A stretch of DNA of 64,000 nucleotides from Chiloscyllium plagiosum. Taxonomy: Eukaryota. The stretch is from assembly GCF_004010195.1 (NCBI RefSeq), contig NC_057719.1, positions 25,320,809 to 25,384,808 of the forward strand. Direction: 5' to 3'. The notes beneath the pieces are model-generated. The model was not told the origin of the DNA. It saw nothing but the letters and a program-made list of their open reading frames with translations, and made no database searches. The position numbers were made by a program, and so were the translations under genes. This document shows positions 11,601 through 24,847 of the stretch, one piece after another (positions within the stretch are counted from its first letter, which is position 1; each line of letters begins with the position of its first letter).

Positions 11601-13649
11601 TATATACAGGTAGTTCCTCTATAATGCAATGGTTGTGTTCCAGGGTCACTAAATATATTCATGGCTAAGTTAAACATTTTGAGTGGCAGGAGAGTACAGA
11701 GTTATTGTGTTGGTATGGAGGGGTCAAAGCCACAATCAGAACAGCTAGGGTCTGATTGAATGGCACAGTAGTGGGCCAAATACAAGACTCCTGCTCCTAA
11801 CCTTTATCCTCTTCAATAAATATCCACTGAAAGGAATGGAAGAGTAAAGAGATTTTGGACACAGCTTAATAATTTTCAAAGAAGCGCTGGAGGTGGCAGA
11901 CCCCAGTTGAAAATACAAATAAAGCAGATTTTATTCAATGCAATTGAAGTCAAAATCATGATAAAATTGTACAAAATGAGGACACACGTGGTTATTTGCT
12001 TCTGTCTCCTTTTTATAGTACAGTAGTCAGAATTGTGCATTGCAGAAGGTGCAAAAAAGACTTGCCAAGATACCACCAAAACTGAGAAATTGGAGCTATC
12101 AAGAAATATTGGGCAAGGTGTGCACAATGATGTACTGATGCACAACAACATTGTATAGAATGGTTTAGAGATTGTGGGCATAGCCCACACTCCTATGATA
12201 CAACATCCCCATTGAACAGAATTAGGGGATGCAGGATGCCTGGGTCCCAAACTTGTGGGTGGGTGAGGAGAATGTTACTACCATCCCCTTGTCCCTTTCG
12301 CCTGCAGCAGCTGATTATGACTCCAATTTAATCAACCAAGGCTCACTACCATGAAAGGAGTAGTCAAAAATGGACCCCTCAATCTTATCAGCGCTCATCC
12401 ACTTAAAATATTTGCACATTTTTCTCTTTTGACAGATACTGCCTAAACTGCTGAATGACTTCTCGTGTTTTGCATTTCCATTTCAGATTTCCAGAACTGC
12501 TGTGCTTTGCTTTCAGTACAGTTTGTACATGATTTACCATTATACAGATGCCTGCATTTTCATAGCTTCTGGAGCAGTGTGTAAATTTGTAGCACTCAGC
12601 ATTAGATTATGCCGTGTCAGATATTTTGTTGCAAGATGGTTATGTTACACCACATCACCTACCCTATTTATAGCTCCTCACGGCAAAGATCCAGAACATC
12701 AGCGATTATCTGCAGTTCCTGATGTAAAGGCAGGATTGTTGTCTCGTGGGGATAATTGGCTAGGATTGAATAACTGTGACTCTTGAATATTTTGTGGATG
12801 AGGAAACACTTATGCAGAAATGTCATTTGAGAGATTAAATACTTGAGTAGACCAAATAGGTCATATATCTTGCATGATCTTTGGAATTTAACTTTTCCCA
12901 TTCAATGTACTGTATTCTTAAAATACCTTCTTGTCTTAGTAGCAATGAAAACCTTTCACATTGAATCAATTCCAAAAACAGATGTGAAGCTGAATTTATC
13001 CATGTATTTTCTTAGTCACCAGTGTTGACCTTCAACATATCCAGTTATTCAACAGAATTTCTATTTCTCCCCCCAAAACATTGGCTCTGTCTTTTTATCT
13101 GGTTACCTGGAGCTTGAAGAACAATATTCGGCCATTCAGTGAGATCTTGGCTAATCTGTGTTCCCAATTTCACATTCCCATCTACTCTCAATAACCTTTG
13201 AAGCATTACTTGTAAGCAGGTGTTTCTCTGCACTAGTACAGAATTGACAGTGACAAATAAACTGCTAGTAAAGGTACATGTCTGACAAACATAATGGGGG
13301 TAACATTCCAAGTCACCTGGAAGCAGGTTTCACATGAACATGGGATGTTACATTTTCTAATTTGATATTGAGTCAGGATCCCAGTGTCTTCCTGCCCTCT
13401 TTCAGATGCCTATCAGATGGGTAATTAATATAGTTAAGAAGTCAATTGGGTATTGTTTTTACTGTGAATTCTGGGGTTTTCAGCCTGGGGCCCTACTTCT
13501 TTACTTATCAGCAGCTGTCCAGGAAACAGGATGGTTTCTTTGGTGAAACTGCTGTGTTAGGACAGCTTTGGTGAATTGCAGTGAAGAGCTGCAGCCAGAC
13601 TGGAGGCAGCTATTTAAAGAATACCTTCTCCGAGACAATAGCTCTCACT

Positions 13650-14400
13650 GTTCATTTCCCAGGGTGTGGGCTGGGCCAGCATTTATGGTCCATCACTAAT
13701 TGTCTTACAGAAGGTGGTGGGAAGCTGTCTCCATGCTGCAGTCCTTGGGGTAGAAGGCCAACCGCACTGCTGCTAGGAAGAGAGTTCCAGGGTTATCACC
13801 TTCACCAGTGCAGGAATAATGATATAGTTCCAAGTCAGATGGTGTCTGAATTGGAGGGGTGTTTGCAAGTGGTGAAATTCCCAGGTGTCTGCTGCTCTTG
13901 CTATTTTAGATGGAAAAAGCTTCCGTTTTTGGAAAGTATTGTTGAAGGAACCTGGTCGAATTGCTGCAATGCATCTTGTGGATGAGACAATCTGTTGCCA
14001 CTGTACATTGATGGTGCATGGGCTGCCAGTCAAACAGACTGCTTTGGTCTGGATGGGCATCAGGTTCCTTGAGTTGTTGGAACTATACTAATTCCAAGCA
14101 AGTGGAGTGTATTCCATCGCACTCCAAACTTGTGCTTGTGGACAGGCTTTGAGGATTTGAGTGATGATTTACTCCCCACAGAATCCCTAATCTTTGACCA
14201 TCTCTTGCAGCCACAGTATTTAAGTGGTTAGTTCAGTTCAGTTTCTAGTTAATGATAACTCTTAGGATATTGATAACAAGTAAGACAGTGGTGGTAATGC
14301 CATTGAATGTAAACAGGAAATGGTTGGATTCTCTCTTGTTAGCGATGGCAATTGCGTAGCAGGAATGTTACATCCCAAGCCTGAATGTGGTCTTGGTCTT
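13650..14400 (-). mobile_element. CR1/L2-group LINE 3' fragment (family also at 30745-31430 minus, 38690-38780, and 40450-41520 plus)
   Basis: KAQV.S.MEY.PLAW-type RT C-terminus and shared 3' tail. Confidence 0.7.
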
Positions 14401-14979
14401 CTTCAGGTCTGCTTGATAGGGAGTCCCAACTTCTTATATGAGTGTCAATGTGGCAAGCACTTCATTTGCCTTTAGTTGAATTTCCCTCCTGTCAGCCTTC
14501 ACTAGGATGACTGAGCAGCCAATGCAGATCCTCTTTATAACCCTCTTGAGGGACAAGAGGAGGGGCCACACCACCAACAAGTATTTTAGCAGCAAGAGCA
14601 GCAGCAGCCACCTTCTCTGTATCCACATTCACCTCCACAGGACAGAGAGAATGGACACTGAGATCTAGCGATAAGGAAGCAAGACCACTAAGGCATAGGT
14701 TAGAGAGAGAGGATCAACTCTCTCAACATGCCTGAACACCAGTGTCCTAGCTAGCTCAGGGTATTGTAGCTGCTCACCTGCCACTGTTCCAGGTTACCTT
14801 TCCAGGCGGGAATGTGATTTTAATGCCCATCAAAAGCCTTCTTTTTCCAAATTCATAACTGAAGTCTCTCATATCAGGTAACATCTTGCAAACCTCATCT
14901 GTACACTTTATATACATTTACATTTACAACTTGTGTGGTGTCCAAAACTACCCACAGTACCCTAGTTGAGGCTTATAAG

Positions 14980-15240
14980 AGTGGTTCAGTGGCTCAGTGG
15001 TTAACTCTGCTGTGTCACAGCATCAGGGACCCAGGTTCTATTCCAGCCTCGGGTGACTGTGTGGAGCTTGCACATTCTCCCTGTGTCTGCATGGGTTTCC
15101 TCTGGGTGCTCCAGTTTCCTCCCACAATCCAACGATGTACAGGTTAATGGAATTGGCCATGCTAAATTGCCCATACTCTTCAGAGGGTCGGTGTGGACTT
15201 GTTGGGCCAAATGGCCTGTTTCAACACTGTAGAGATTTGA
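14980..15240 (+). mobile_element. HE1/V-SINE-like SINE
   Basis: tRNA-like head GTGGCTCAGTGGTTA, core GCACATTCTCCC.GTGTCTGC, CR1-like tail GGCCTGTTTC.ACACTGTA. Confidence 0.88.
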
Positions 15241-15388
15241 TGATATTAATTTATAACATTCTGGTTTTCTATAGTCTATGCCTCTTTTTTAAAACCTTCA
15301 ATGCCTCTACTCTTTTTAAGCCACATTATCACATTGTCCTGTTACTTTAAAGGTTGGATACCAAAGCCTCATCTACACTTTCAAAAGC

Positions 15389-15469
15389 TTTATTTTAATT
15401 TTTTTTTGTCCAAAAGAGTATGAGAGGAATAAAGCAAAAACCATTGAGTAAAAGTTGTTTTCTTTTAAT
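15389..15469 (-). terminator. Candidate CHGA polyadenylation signals (ATTAAA about 15469-15464; AATAAA 15394-15389)
   Basis: Hexamers 400-480 nt after the stop codon in an AT-rich 3' UTR; which one is used is unknown. Confidence 0.4.
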
Positions 15470-15865
15470 TACATAAATTGTATATAGAATGTACAATATA
15501 ATTAGTCTGACTTGGTACAAACTTCTACCAAGTCCAATAAGATTTTAACTCGAGTTTCATTTCTTCTCTACAGTATTCTAAATGCTGTAGAATTTTAAAT
15601 GTAAAGGAAAACATTGAAAACTGATTCAATTATTTTCGAAAAAAAAATGTGAGCAATGGAACTTCATACATTTCATTAAATTAAATGGTGTAAATTAATA
15701 AGTAAGCAAGTAATTAGCAGCACCTCAGAAAGAAAAGCTAGTGTGTAGACCACTAGAACACACGAGTAATTATAGTAAACTAGTTAAAATGTTACAATTC
15801 AAACAAAATGTATGTTGAAGGTGCTGATAGTTGCTTCATTATTACTGAGCTTTGAAGCACTGGGT

Positions 15866-15949
15866 TTAATTTCTCCGCATTTGGTGTAATCTCTGTGCCA
15901 TTGCTTCCAGTTCACTTTCAATTGCTTCAAGATTCTCCATTTCTTGTTC
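15866..15949 (-). CDS. CHGA: Chromogranin A last coding exon (EQEMENLEAIESELEAMAQRLHQMRRN*), serpinin region
   Basis: 84 nt; TTTTCCCAG acceptor; TAA at 15868-15866; aligns to the human C-terminus DQELESLSAIEAELEKVAHQLQALRRG. Confidence 0.95.
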   Translation of the reverse strand, partial: EQEMENLEAIESELEAMAQRLHQMRRN

Positions 15950-16143
15950 CTGGGAAAATATTACACATTTTAAAATGTTGGTTATTGCTGCAAGGACAAT
16001 TTCTAGATAATTAAGGGAAAAATATTTTCACAGGTGGAAAAGGATACCTTGCATTGATCTTTTTCCTTATGTGACCCATCTTTCTCAACACCTAAGCAGG
16101 TTTACTGCAGACTGAGCAATGAATAGTGGCAGGGGCTACTTAA

Positions 16144-16327
16144 CGAGGAGAAAGTGAGGACTGCAGATGCTGCAGATCAGAGTCAAGAGTGTGGTGCTGA
16201 AAAAGCACAGCGGTTCAGACAGCATCTGAGGAGCATAAGCCCTACATTATGCCTGAAACGTCGATTCTCCTGCTCCTCGGATGCTGCCTGACCTGTGATG
16301 CTTTTCCAGCATCACACTCCTGACAGT
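16144..16327. mobile_element. Penelope-like fold-back insertion in the last CHGA intron
   Basis: Inverted arms; TSD GGCTACTTAA (16134-16143) / GGCTGCTTAA (16328-16337). Confidence 0.8.
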
Positions 16328-19047
16328 GGCTGCTTAAGGATGTTAATTGGGAAAAGGGCAGGCGAACCACTTAAGGCTCACTCGCCATTTGTTAAATAAT
16401 AGCCAAATGAAGGGTGACCAGGTAAACAGTGGGATGGGTATTCACTTGGCTTTACAGGCCACCCCTACCTGCAAATCCCTTGCACAGAGGACTGTAAAAT
16501 TCTGCCCAAAGCAACAGAAAGGCAAACCTTTTGAAACTGGTTCCATAAAGGCCGTTTGTCACCAGATTTTGTGTCGAAATAATAGTATTTGAAATTGCAA
16601 CATTGAATGGGAAATTACAACTGAGCAATTTACAATGGTAACAGATGGTGGAAAAATGTGATTACAAATTGTGACAATCAGGTTTATAAAGAGAAACTGC
16701 ACACCAATGCAAAACTTTTAATGATTATACATGTATCCACAGATTTTCTTAGAAGTTGTAATAGAGTTTTCAAGATTGAAACTATTCAGATGGAGTGTTT
16801 ATACATTATGATCTAATTTGCGGCTTTAACTATTTCAGGTAGTCTTTGAAAGGAAATCCCTCCCTCCTTTCATCAGGTAAAATCCTGCAGGCCAGTTAGC
16901 AGCTGTAATTTGCTGTTAACACAGAAAACCCTAATGGATCGAGGGTGTGCTTGGAAACCTTTACATATCAAATCTGCTTTTTTTAAAAAAAATAGTAATT
17001 TGGAGTTACTCTGTTAGGAAGAGTGATTTGCCAAATTTATTCTATTCAAACCCAAAGTATACTGCTATTATCTTACTTCATTTAAGCTTACAGAAACCAA
17101 CAGTACTTCTATTAGATGTACCATTATTTTTGAAATACGTAAAACTTGAAATAAGTAAAATAAGTAAAAATATGAAGATGGTGAAATTAAGCCAATACAG
17201 TACAACAACAGCTAAGTGAAAAAACAGTGGGAGTCAAAATCTTATTTCAACTGCTCTCTAAGACCCACATTTACGGACTTTTACAGATTTTATAAAATTG
17301 CTTAATAGAAGTGTATTTCCTTGAGTTATTGGTAGGATATGCAATGATCAGTAGTTCACTCAACAAATCTGTTCATCCATTAGGCTGACCTTGGCTCCCA
17401 TAATTTTCTTTACTTCATGAATGCAGTTGATGCTGGCTGTTCAATTATTCTGTCTTACTTAAGCTCAATCAAACAAATTACATTCACCGCTATTGAGACT
17501 GATAACAAATAAAGAGTTGACATTTCATTATGTTGAAAGCAACTGCCCGTTTTGTACATGTTCTTCTGCAAACAATAGTAAAATATGTATAGTGGTACAG
17601 CTATTGAAAATGACTTATTACAGACTTGATTCACGTAATTGTACCCATCACCTTCAAGTGTTTTTGAAATGAATTGCTAGGAGCTAGTCTTGGATGGTCA
17701 AAGGAAAAGAATTTTACAATTTTAATCCAGGCCAGGAGGTGAAATTTGAAATGAGATTCCTGGGGGACTTAAAACAATCAAATTACGCACTGGTCTATCA
17801 GCTAGGAGAAATTTTACATTCATTTTATTATAAATAGATTTAAGGCTACCTTATAATAAATTACTTTTTAACCTCTTAATCTCTCTCCAAGATAGTCCTT
17901 CTTCTGCCTTTCCTTGCAACTGCTGGAGTTAAGTCTACAACAATGTTTAATTGAACTTTCCTTGCAATATTCCTTTAACTATATCGTTCGAGAATCAAAA
18001 TGGCCAAAAATCTTCAATGCGTGAGCTTCAGTGTTTTAAAATGAAAAATTTCTCCATCTCTCTCATCCCTTAACTTCAATTGTCATTCACTTCCCAGTCC
18101 TCTGTGTAACTCTTCCCTCAGTTTCCAGTAGGATTGCATGAAACAACACAAATATGCTCAGTGCTCAGAGTATCCAAAAGCAATGCCACCGAGCATTAGC
18201 AATAACTGTAAAATATCTTCATTATTTATCAAGAAATTTTTAAAAAGTAAGGGTTGGTTACTGAAGCACTGGTAAATTATGCAACACAGAAAAAGTGTGC
18301 TGCAGGAGTTAAGTTCAAATGTTTCCAAGCTGCTATTCATACAGTGAATTCAGACACTCAGATGGACCATCGGATAAGGGAATGAGCAATGACATGGGTG
18401 TGAAATACATGTTAACTGTCAGTACTCTCTAAATGGAGGAAATTGACAAATTACATCAAATACAAGTCCTGCTGGTCTATTTGAATAAAAATGTAACTGA
18501 GAGGTGAATTAAACATACAATTGCTGCATCCCCAAATTAAGACCATAAAACCTAGGGACAGGAGTGGGCTTCTTAAGCCTGCTCTATCATTTGATAGAAT
18601 CATGGCTGATCCAACATTTCTCGCATCAACTTTCCTGCTCTTTCACACTTTCCTTCAAATGCATTAGAATTGATGTTGGGTGCAAATTATTTAGAAATTT
18701 ACAAATAATTTACATTTAACTGTAGTATTGATATATTTTGTTTTGCAGCAATGTTATAGTTACAGTTTTATTCGAGACAGCACCCTGGCATATGGGCTCA
18801 ACCCGCAAGCATTCCATTTTGCTTCAGACACATTTTAAGCTGCGATGCTTGGTTTATAATTTACAAGTTTTGGATTAGTGCAAAGATGAAGGTGTTTTGC
18901 ATCAACACAAACTTGCTGTGTTAATTGGACTGTATCCATCATCACATGGTTCAAGTCAGGTTCTGCAAACGCACATTCTGTTTCCTGAAATTAAATGCCG
19001 TTTGCTCTTGAACTCGCCCTAACGTATCCCACACTGTCTGCAGCTTT

Positions 19048-20010
19048 GAACATAGAACATAGAACATTACAGCGCAGTACAGGCCCTTCAGCCCTCGATG
19101 TTGCGCTGACCTGTGAAATTAATCTGATGCCCATCAAACTTACACCATTCCATTAATATCCATATGTCTGTCCAATGCCCATATAAATGCCTTTAATGTC
19201 GGCGAGTCTACTACTGTTGCAGGCAGGCTGTTCTACGCCCTGACTACTCTGAGTAAAGAAATTACTCCTGATATCTGTCCTAAATCTATCACCCTTCAAT
19301 TTAAAGCTATGTCCCCTTATGTTAGCCTTCACCTTCTGAGGAAATGGCTCTTACTGTCTACCCTATCTAACCTTCTGATTATCTTATATGTCTTGATTAA
19401 GTCACCTCTCAACCTTCTTCTCTCCAATGAAAACAGCCTCAGTTCCCTTAGCCTTTCCTCGTAAGACCTTCCTTCCATAGCAGGCACAACCTAGTAAATT
19501 TCCTCTGACCCCTTTCCAAAGCTTCCACATCCTTCCTATAATGAGATGATTAGCAATGCTCTAAGTGCAGCCTTACCAGTGTCTTGCACAGCTGAAACAT
19601 GACCTTGTGGCTCTGAAACCCAGTCCCCCCAACAATAAACACCAACACACCATATGCCTTCTTAATAACCCTATCAACCTGGGTGGCAACTTTCAGGGAA
19701 TTATGCACCTGGACACCGAGATCTCTCTGTTCATCTACACTGCCAAGAATTTTACCATTAGCCCAGTGCTCTCTATTCCTGTTACTTCTTCTGAAGTGAA
19801 CTACCTCAAACTTTTCCGCATTAAACTCCATTTGCCACTTCTCAGCCTAGCTCTGCATCTTACTTATGTCCCTCTATAACCCACAACATCCTTCGGCACT
19901 ATCAACTTTGCCTACCTGAGTGTCATCCATAAATTTACTAACCCATCCTTCTACGCCTACATCCAGATCATTTATAAAAATGACAAACAGCAGTTGCCCC
20001 AAAACAGATC
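19048..20010 (-). mobile_element. CR1 (HER1-like) LINE 3' portion in the last CHGA intron
   Basis: ORF 19550..19831 MEFNAEKFEVVHF..RDLGVQVHNSLK..KKAYGVL; tandem GAACATA tail at 19049-19066. Confidence 0.92.
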
Positions 20011-20473
20011 CTGTGCTTCAGAAGCAAGTGTGCCTGAAAATTGTGAAATTACAATCTTTGAATATACCCATGAATGAATCACATGCATGTATACCTATTT
20101 GATGAATAAAATTCCCATTATTGTTCAGTGCCTTATGAAAAACATAATTGATATGAACTCATTACCATTTACAAAGCTGGAATTGTATCAAGCCATGGTT
20201 TATGAAAATCTCAATTATCAATGTGTAAGCTCTATTTCAGGCCTATGTGCTTTCTGGAAACTATGGGGGTACTTAGATTTTCAATACTTATCCCATGTCA
20301 TCACACTATTACTCAAAAATGCATACAAGAAAAATACCTCTGTTGAATTAACCTTGAATGGTATTCAGTTCTGTGGTTTGTGCTGATTTCAGTCAGGTTA
20401 GTGACATTAGGTAATACAGTTGGCCTTGATGATAATGGTTGCTGTTTGGATCACTGTCCTGTTCAGTTGGCTA

Positions 20474-20704
20474 CAAAGATAGAGATTGCTGGAAAAGCTT
20501 CAGCAGCTCGGGTAGCATCTGTGGAGAGAAATCAGAGCTAACGTTTCAGGTCTAGTGACCCTTCCTCAGAACTCTACATTCAGAGTTGGACCTGAAATAT
20601 TACATCTGATTTCTCTCCACAGATGTTGCCAGATCTGCTGAGCTTTTCCATCAATCTCTATTTTTGTTCCTCATTTACAGCATCTTCAGTTCTTTCAGTT
20701 TTTA
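20474..20704. mobile_element. Penelope-like fold-back insertion inside a SINE head
   Basis: Inverted arms; perfect 13-bp TSD GTTCAGTTGGCTA (20461-20473 / 20705-20717). Confidence 0.85.
20533..20575 (-). ncRNA. Minimal type I hammerhead ribozyme motif, sense to the CHGA pre-mRNA
   Basis: AGAGTT-CTGAGGA-A-GGGTC-ACTA-GACCT-GAAAC-GTT-AGCTCT: stem I, core, stem II and palindromic minimal stem III. Confidence 0.65.
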
Positions 20705-22118
20705 GTTCAGTTGGCTAGATGGCTGAGTAAGATGCAGATTTATACTAACAGCCCTGTTAAAATCATCATAATGCCTGTGGTAGTTTATGCACACCGGCCT
20801 CCTTATCCTACATCACCCTTGCAGTATAGTACAATCTGTACATAACTAATTATATCTCTCTAATGAAGATAGTTGGATTATGGCTATTTAACTTTCCTTA
20901 TGTTAAAGACAATGTACAAATGTAAGTTGTTATTGATAAATATTACAGCTTAGGAGGCCACCAACAAGTGACCTCCATTATCAGTTTCATCTGAGAACTA
21001 ACGAAAATCTTTGGTGCCTCCATATAGTATTCATCCCATGATTCCATTTGTCTTTATCAGGTCTTTATTAGTCTTCCATAACTTATGACTCGTTTCGCTT
21101 GAACAAAATTTACTAATCTCAGTAATAATTTATCTTCTAGTCCACTGGTAATGTTGTGATCTTTGGTGAAAGATAAGAATTTCACATTGTTTCAACTTAA
21201 CATGGAGGGTCTTGGATATTAAGAATCAGTGACAAGAGGAAGGGTTCAGTAAGCCTCCACAGGTAAACTCAAATAAATTGAGAAGATTAACACTAACGCA
21301 TTGGTTGTGTTTATGCTCTACTTCCTCCTCTAAACTACAACACTGTTCTAACTCTCTGATCACCCATACCTTCACTCTTTGGTATTCAATACTGTAACTT
21401 TTGACTTCTTACACTTATCACTGGCTGCTTAACCCTGCTGCACTAAAAAGCTGAATAAATCTTGACAGTGTCATGTCAACCCCATGCAATACTCTGGATT
21501 ATCTACTGGTCATAGTAAAATATCTGAGGACACTTATTTCTTGTAATACCTTTCCCTAACACACTTTGACAGTCCCACTCTTTTTATGAAACACCAGTCC
21601 CCATTTTGGGAATGAATTATAGAGATCACATCTGCAATCCATTATAGACTCATGATTTTCATTAATCAGAGATTACTAAATTCACAACCAGGAACAATGT
21701 CAAATGAGCCCTGCTAATAAAGATCTGGACAGATGGAAAGGTTTTGCATTGGATCAGAATGTAGGCGGAAGTGGGTACTGTAGCTGCTGGAGATTAGAGT
21801 CAAGATTAGAGTGGTGCTGGAAAAGCACAGCAAGTCAGGCAGCTACTAGATCACAATATGTCATGCTCCAAAGCTTCAAAGATAGGCCTTGCCTCATTTT
21901 TCTGACCTTGATGACCTGACTGCTCCCAAGTACAGGTGCTCGTCATTTACAATGTGTTGAAAAATCTACAGAAGTGCATCCCTCCCATTCCCAAAGGAAG
22001 TCTTTGGACTCTGGCTTACAAAGCAAACCTTGCCAGAGATAACAGCACCTTAGCAGTTCGCCAGCATTCAGAAGTACCACAGTAGATCAATTTAAAGGAA
22101 ACATAAAATGAAACAAAC

Positions 22119-23053
22119 CTCATTTTTCCTATTGGCACTCCCTTCTTCTTCTTTCTCCTTCTTATTTTCATCTTCAATTCTTTTTCGCACTGGGTATGAT
22201 GAAATGGTTTCCTTCCCTTTTTGTCTGATATCTTCCCCAGAGTGAGATCTTCTGTTGCCCCATGAGTGTTGGAAATGACTCGGTTCATTGTGTGCTTTGG
22301 CACTTCCAGATCCTGCAAGTTTACCGTTTCCCTCGAAGAGATCTTGTTTTTCATCACTTGTTTCTCCATGGTTTTGTTCTGGGCTCAGTTCCCCTGTCAT
22401 CTTCCACTTTTTTCTCTCCTGCAGCTCTTCTTTCGATGATCCATAATTTTCATCACTGATGTTTGAGTCTTCATCCTCTTCTCTACCTTCATCCTCTGAA
22501 TTCTGGTGGATCATGGTATTGTCATTGGACCTTATTTCTTCCTCAGAGGATGTCCCATCCATCTTCATGTCCGAAGGCTCACTGTTTTCAGGTTGGTTTC
22601 TGCTTTCTTCCATGTTTCTTCCATCCCCTCCATCATCTTCTGAAGGCTCTTCATCCTTACTGTCACTGTAATCACTGTGGTTTTCCACCTCATCCTCTTC
22701 ATTGCTCTCTTTGGTTTGGTCTTCATCCATTTCCTCTTCCTGGGTATCCCCATCTTCATTTGGCTCACTTTCCTCTGGACTATGCTCCTCACTTTGGCTC
22801 TGATCCTGGGACTGTTCTACAGTAGACTCAATTTCAGAGTTGCCATGCTTCCTTGGCTCCTGTCTTTTTATGTCTTCCTTTTCTGGGGCCATATTGCTGC
22901 TAAATGGAGTTGTATCCTTCATGTTCAGAAAGCTGTGCCTGCTTACATTTGGTGGTGTCTCCTCTTTGCTGTCCTGAAACTCTTTGTCCTTCATTCTGAA
23001 TATCTCACCAGATGATCCTTGCTGTTTCTCTGTAGGGATCTCATGTAATTTAC
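22119..23053 (-). CDS. CHGA: Chromogranin A coding exon 6 (large acidic exon, ends EEEGSANRKNE)
   Basis: 935 nt open frame containing most of ORF 22092..22994; CTGCAG acceptor and GAG|GTTTGT donor; Glu/Ser/Asp-rich; EEEGSANR is a CgA hallmark. Confidence 0.93.
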
Positions 23054-23556
23054 CTGCAGAACAATCAATATGATAGATGAACTTTCACGAAGTCAATTGG
23101 ACTAATTGCTTTTGCTCAGTTGCTATGATAACACTCAAGGACAAACATATCTTGTCCAAAAACAAAAATTCCGACGGGGATCAAAAACAGACAGAAGCTG
23201 CTGGTATGTCATTTCATGAGTAATGTTCAATTAACACTACTTAAACTATATTTAAATGATGACAGAAAGCAATTTATGTAAAATATCTGTAAATAGATAG
23301 ATCTGACTAATCAATATCAACACTCCTTCTATGCAATGTATTCTATTTTAAACAGTCTCTGTTATACTCAGTAGTCTGATATGGTAAATTAGAAATGCTG
23401 TAACATGCAATTAGATTCTGGCAATGCATCACAAATATAATTTAGCCAATTAAAGTACTTTAAGCAAAACGATGCTCTGCAACTGAATAATTATCTGGAT
23501 TACATTGACAGTCTGCAATGTACACCAGGGATTTGGTGGTTTACCTCAACACTAAC

Positions 23557-23658
23557 CTGCTGATGATATCTTTTTGTCAATGTGACTCTCGAGGGCAACA
23601 GAAAGGATGTCTTTGTAATCACTGCTCTGTTTTTTTTGCAGAGCTTTCTCATTGGTTC
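23557..23658 (-). CDS. CHGA: Chromogranin A coding exon 5 (GTNEKALQKKQSSDYKDILSVALESHIDKKISSA)
   Basis: 102 nt, phase 1-1; TGCAG acceptor and G|GTTAGT donor; contains the KK site that ends vasostatin-I. Confidence 0.88.
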
Positions 23659-24778
23659 CTGCACCAAAATTTCAAAAGAAAATTTATCATTGGAATTATT
23701 GAACATTATGATTTTATCCAAAGCCTGGCTCTAAATTTTGCAGAATGGGGTTGAAAGATTCATTCTGTTTCTCAAATGTTCCCATTTAGTGTGCCCTTGA
23801 CATATCAGATTCTAATATTTTGCTTTCACCTTGAAACTGGAGTTACCTGTACCTGGTTATGTTCTCAGTGCATAGAATGTCACAGGAACAAAATGAGGTC
23901 CTATATTACAAACTATCAGGTTTCAATAATGTTAATGAAGTTGTCTTTATAATTGCCTAAGTACAATCTTCTTTATATCATTGCAATTAAACAAACGGTT
24001 ATGAATGTATTAATTATACAGGAAAATATGGAGTACTGAATTAATGTACATGGAAAAAGATAGATGCATGGCTTATCTTCTCAAACATTGATAGTTATTT
24101 TGCTAATAAAAGCTGATGCACTTTATTTAGTGTAACTCTCCATCTCACCAGGTGGAATGGTCCTTGCTAGAAAGGCTGCATAGCCATAGTTGATAAGATC
24201 AGGCAAACTGTATTTAAGCCTTGTATGTTTGGACCTATGTTGCCCCTAAGGAGAGAGTGCAAACTCAATGTTGGGCAAACAGAATTCCTACAGACATTTG
24301 TAGATACCTCTGGGGTTAGATTTAGGGATTCTAATATACTGATGGGTTTTCTGCTGTGTTAGACATCTAGCAGGCAACAAAACATTCAAAGTTAACTTCA
24401 AACACATTGTTGCAGTTTATTGAAACCTAATTTAATTAGAGATATTCAAAGCTGGTACTTTGTTTGCTATGAAGTGTGTAATATTCCAACAATATATGTC
24501 TAAAGAAACATTAGCCCTCAGTCAAGCAAGAGGTGACAACCTTTAATTAAAACCTCTCTGGGAGTGTTATTATAACGTCAATATCTATATGGGAACACTG
24601 CAGCTTTGATTTTTTTTCCTGCAATTAAGTTGATGCAGAAAATTGGCAGAGGTCAGGGAGAAAGTGGGAAATGTGCAGGGAAGATGTTAGACTGGCATTC
24701 AGTGCAGTACAGCCTGCAAATCTGGCATGATTTCAGACCATCTTAGAGACTGCAGTTACAAAACCACAGCTACAGTAC

Positions 24779-24847
24779 CTTTAGCAGCAAGTTCTTGTAA
24801 TTCCCGCAGCAGGTTTTGGTGTCGAAGCACTGAGATTATTCTCTCAT
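24779..24847 (-). CDS. CHGA: Chromogranin A coding exon 4 (DERIISVLRHQNLLRELQELAAK)
   Basis: 69 nt; CAG acceptor and GT donor; matches the vasostatin segment DERILSILRHQNLLKELQDLA. Confidence 0.96.

Noticed and set aside
22262..23015. Several 65-120 aa plus-strand and alternative-frame ORFs
   Set aside because: Shadows of the low-complexity CHGA exon 6.
23540..23556. Alternative exon-5 donor GAG|GTAAAC 12 nt downstream
   Set aside because: Using it includes an in-frame TAG.
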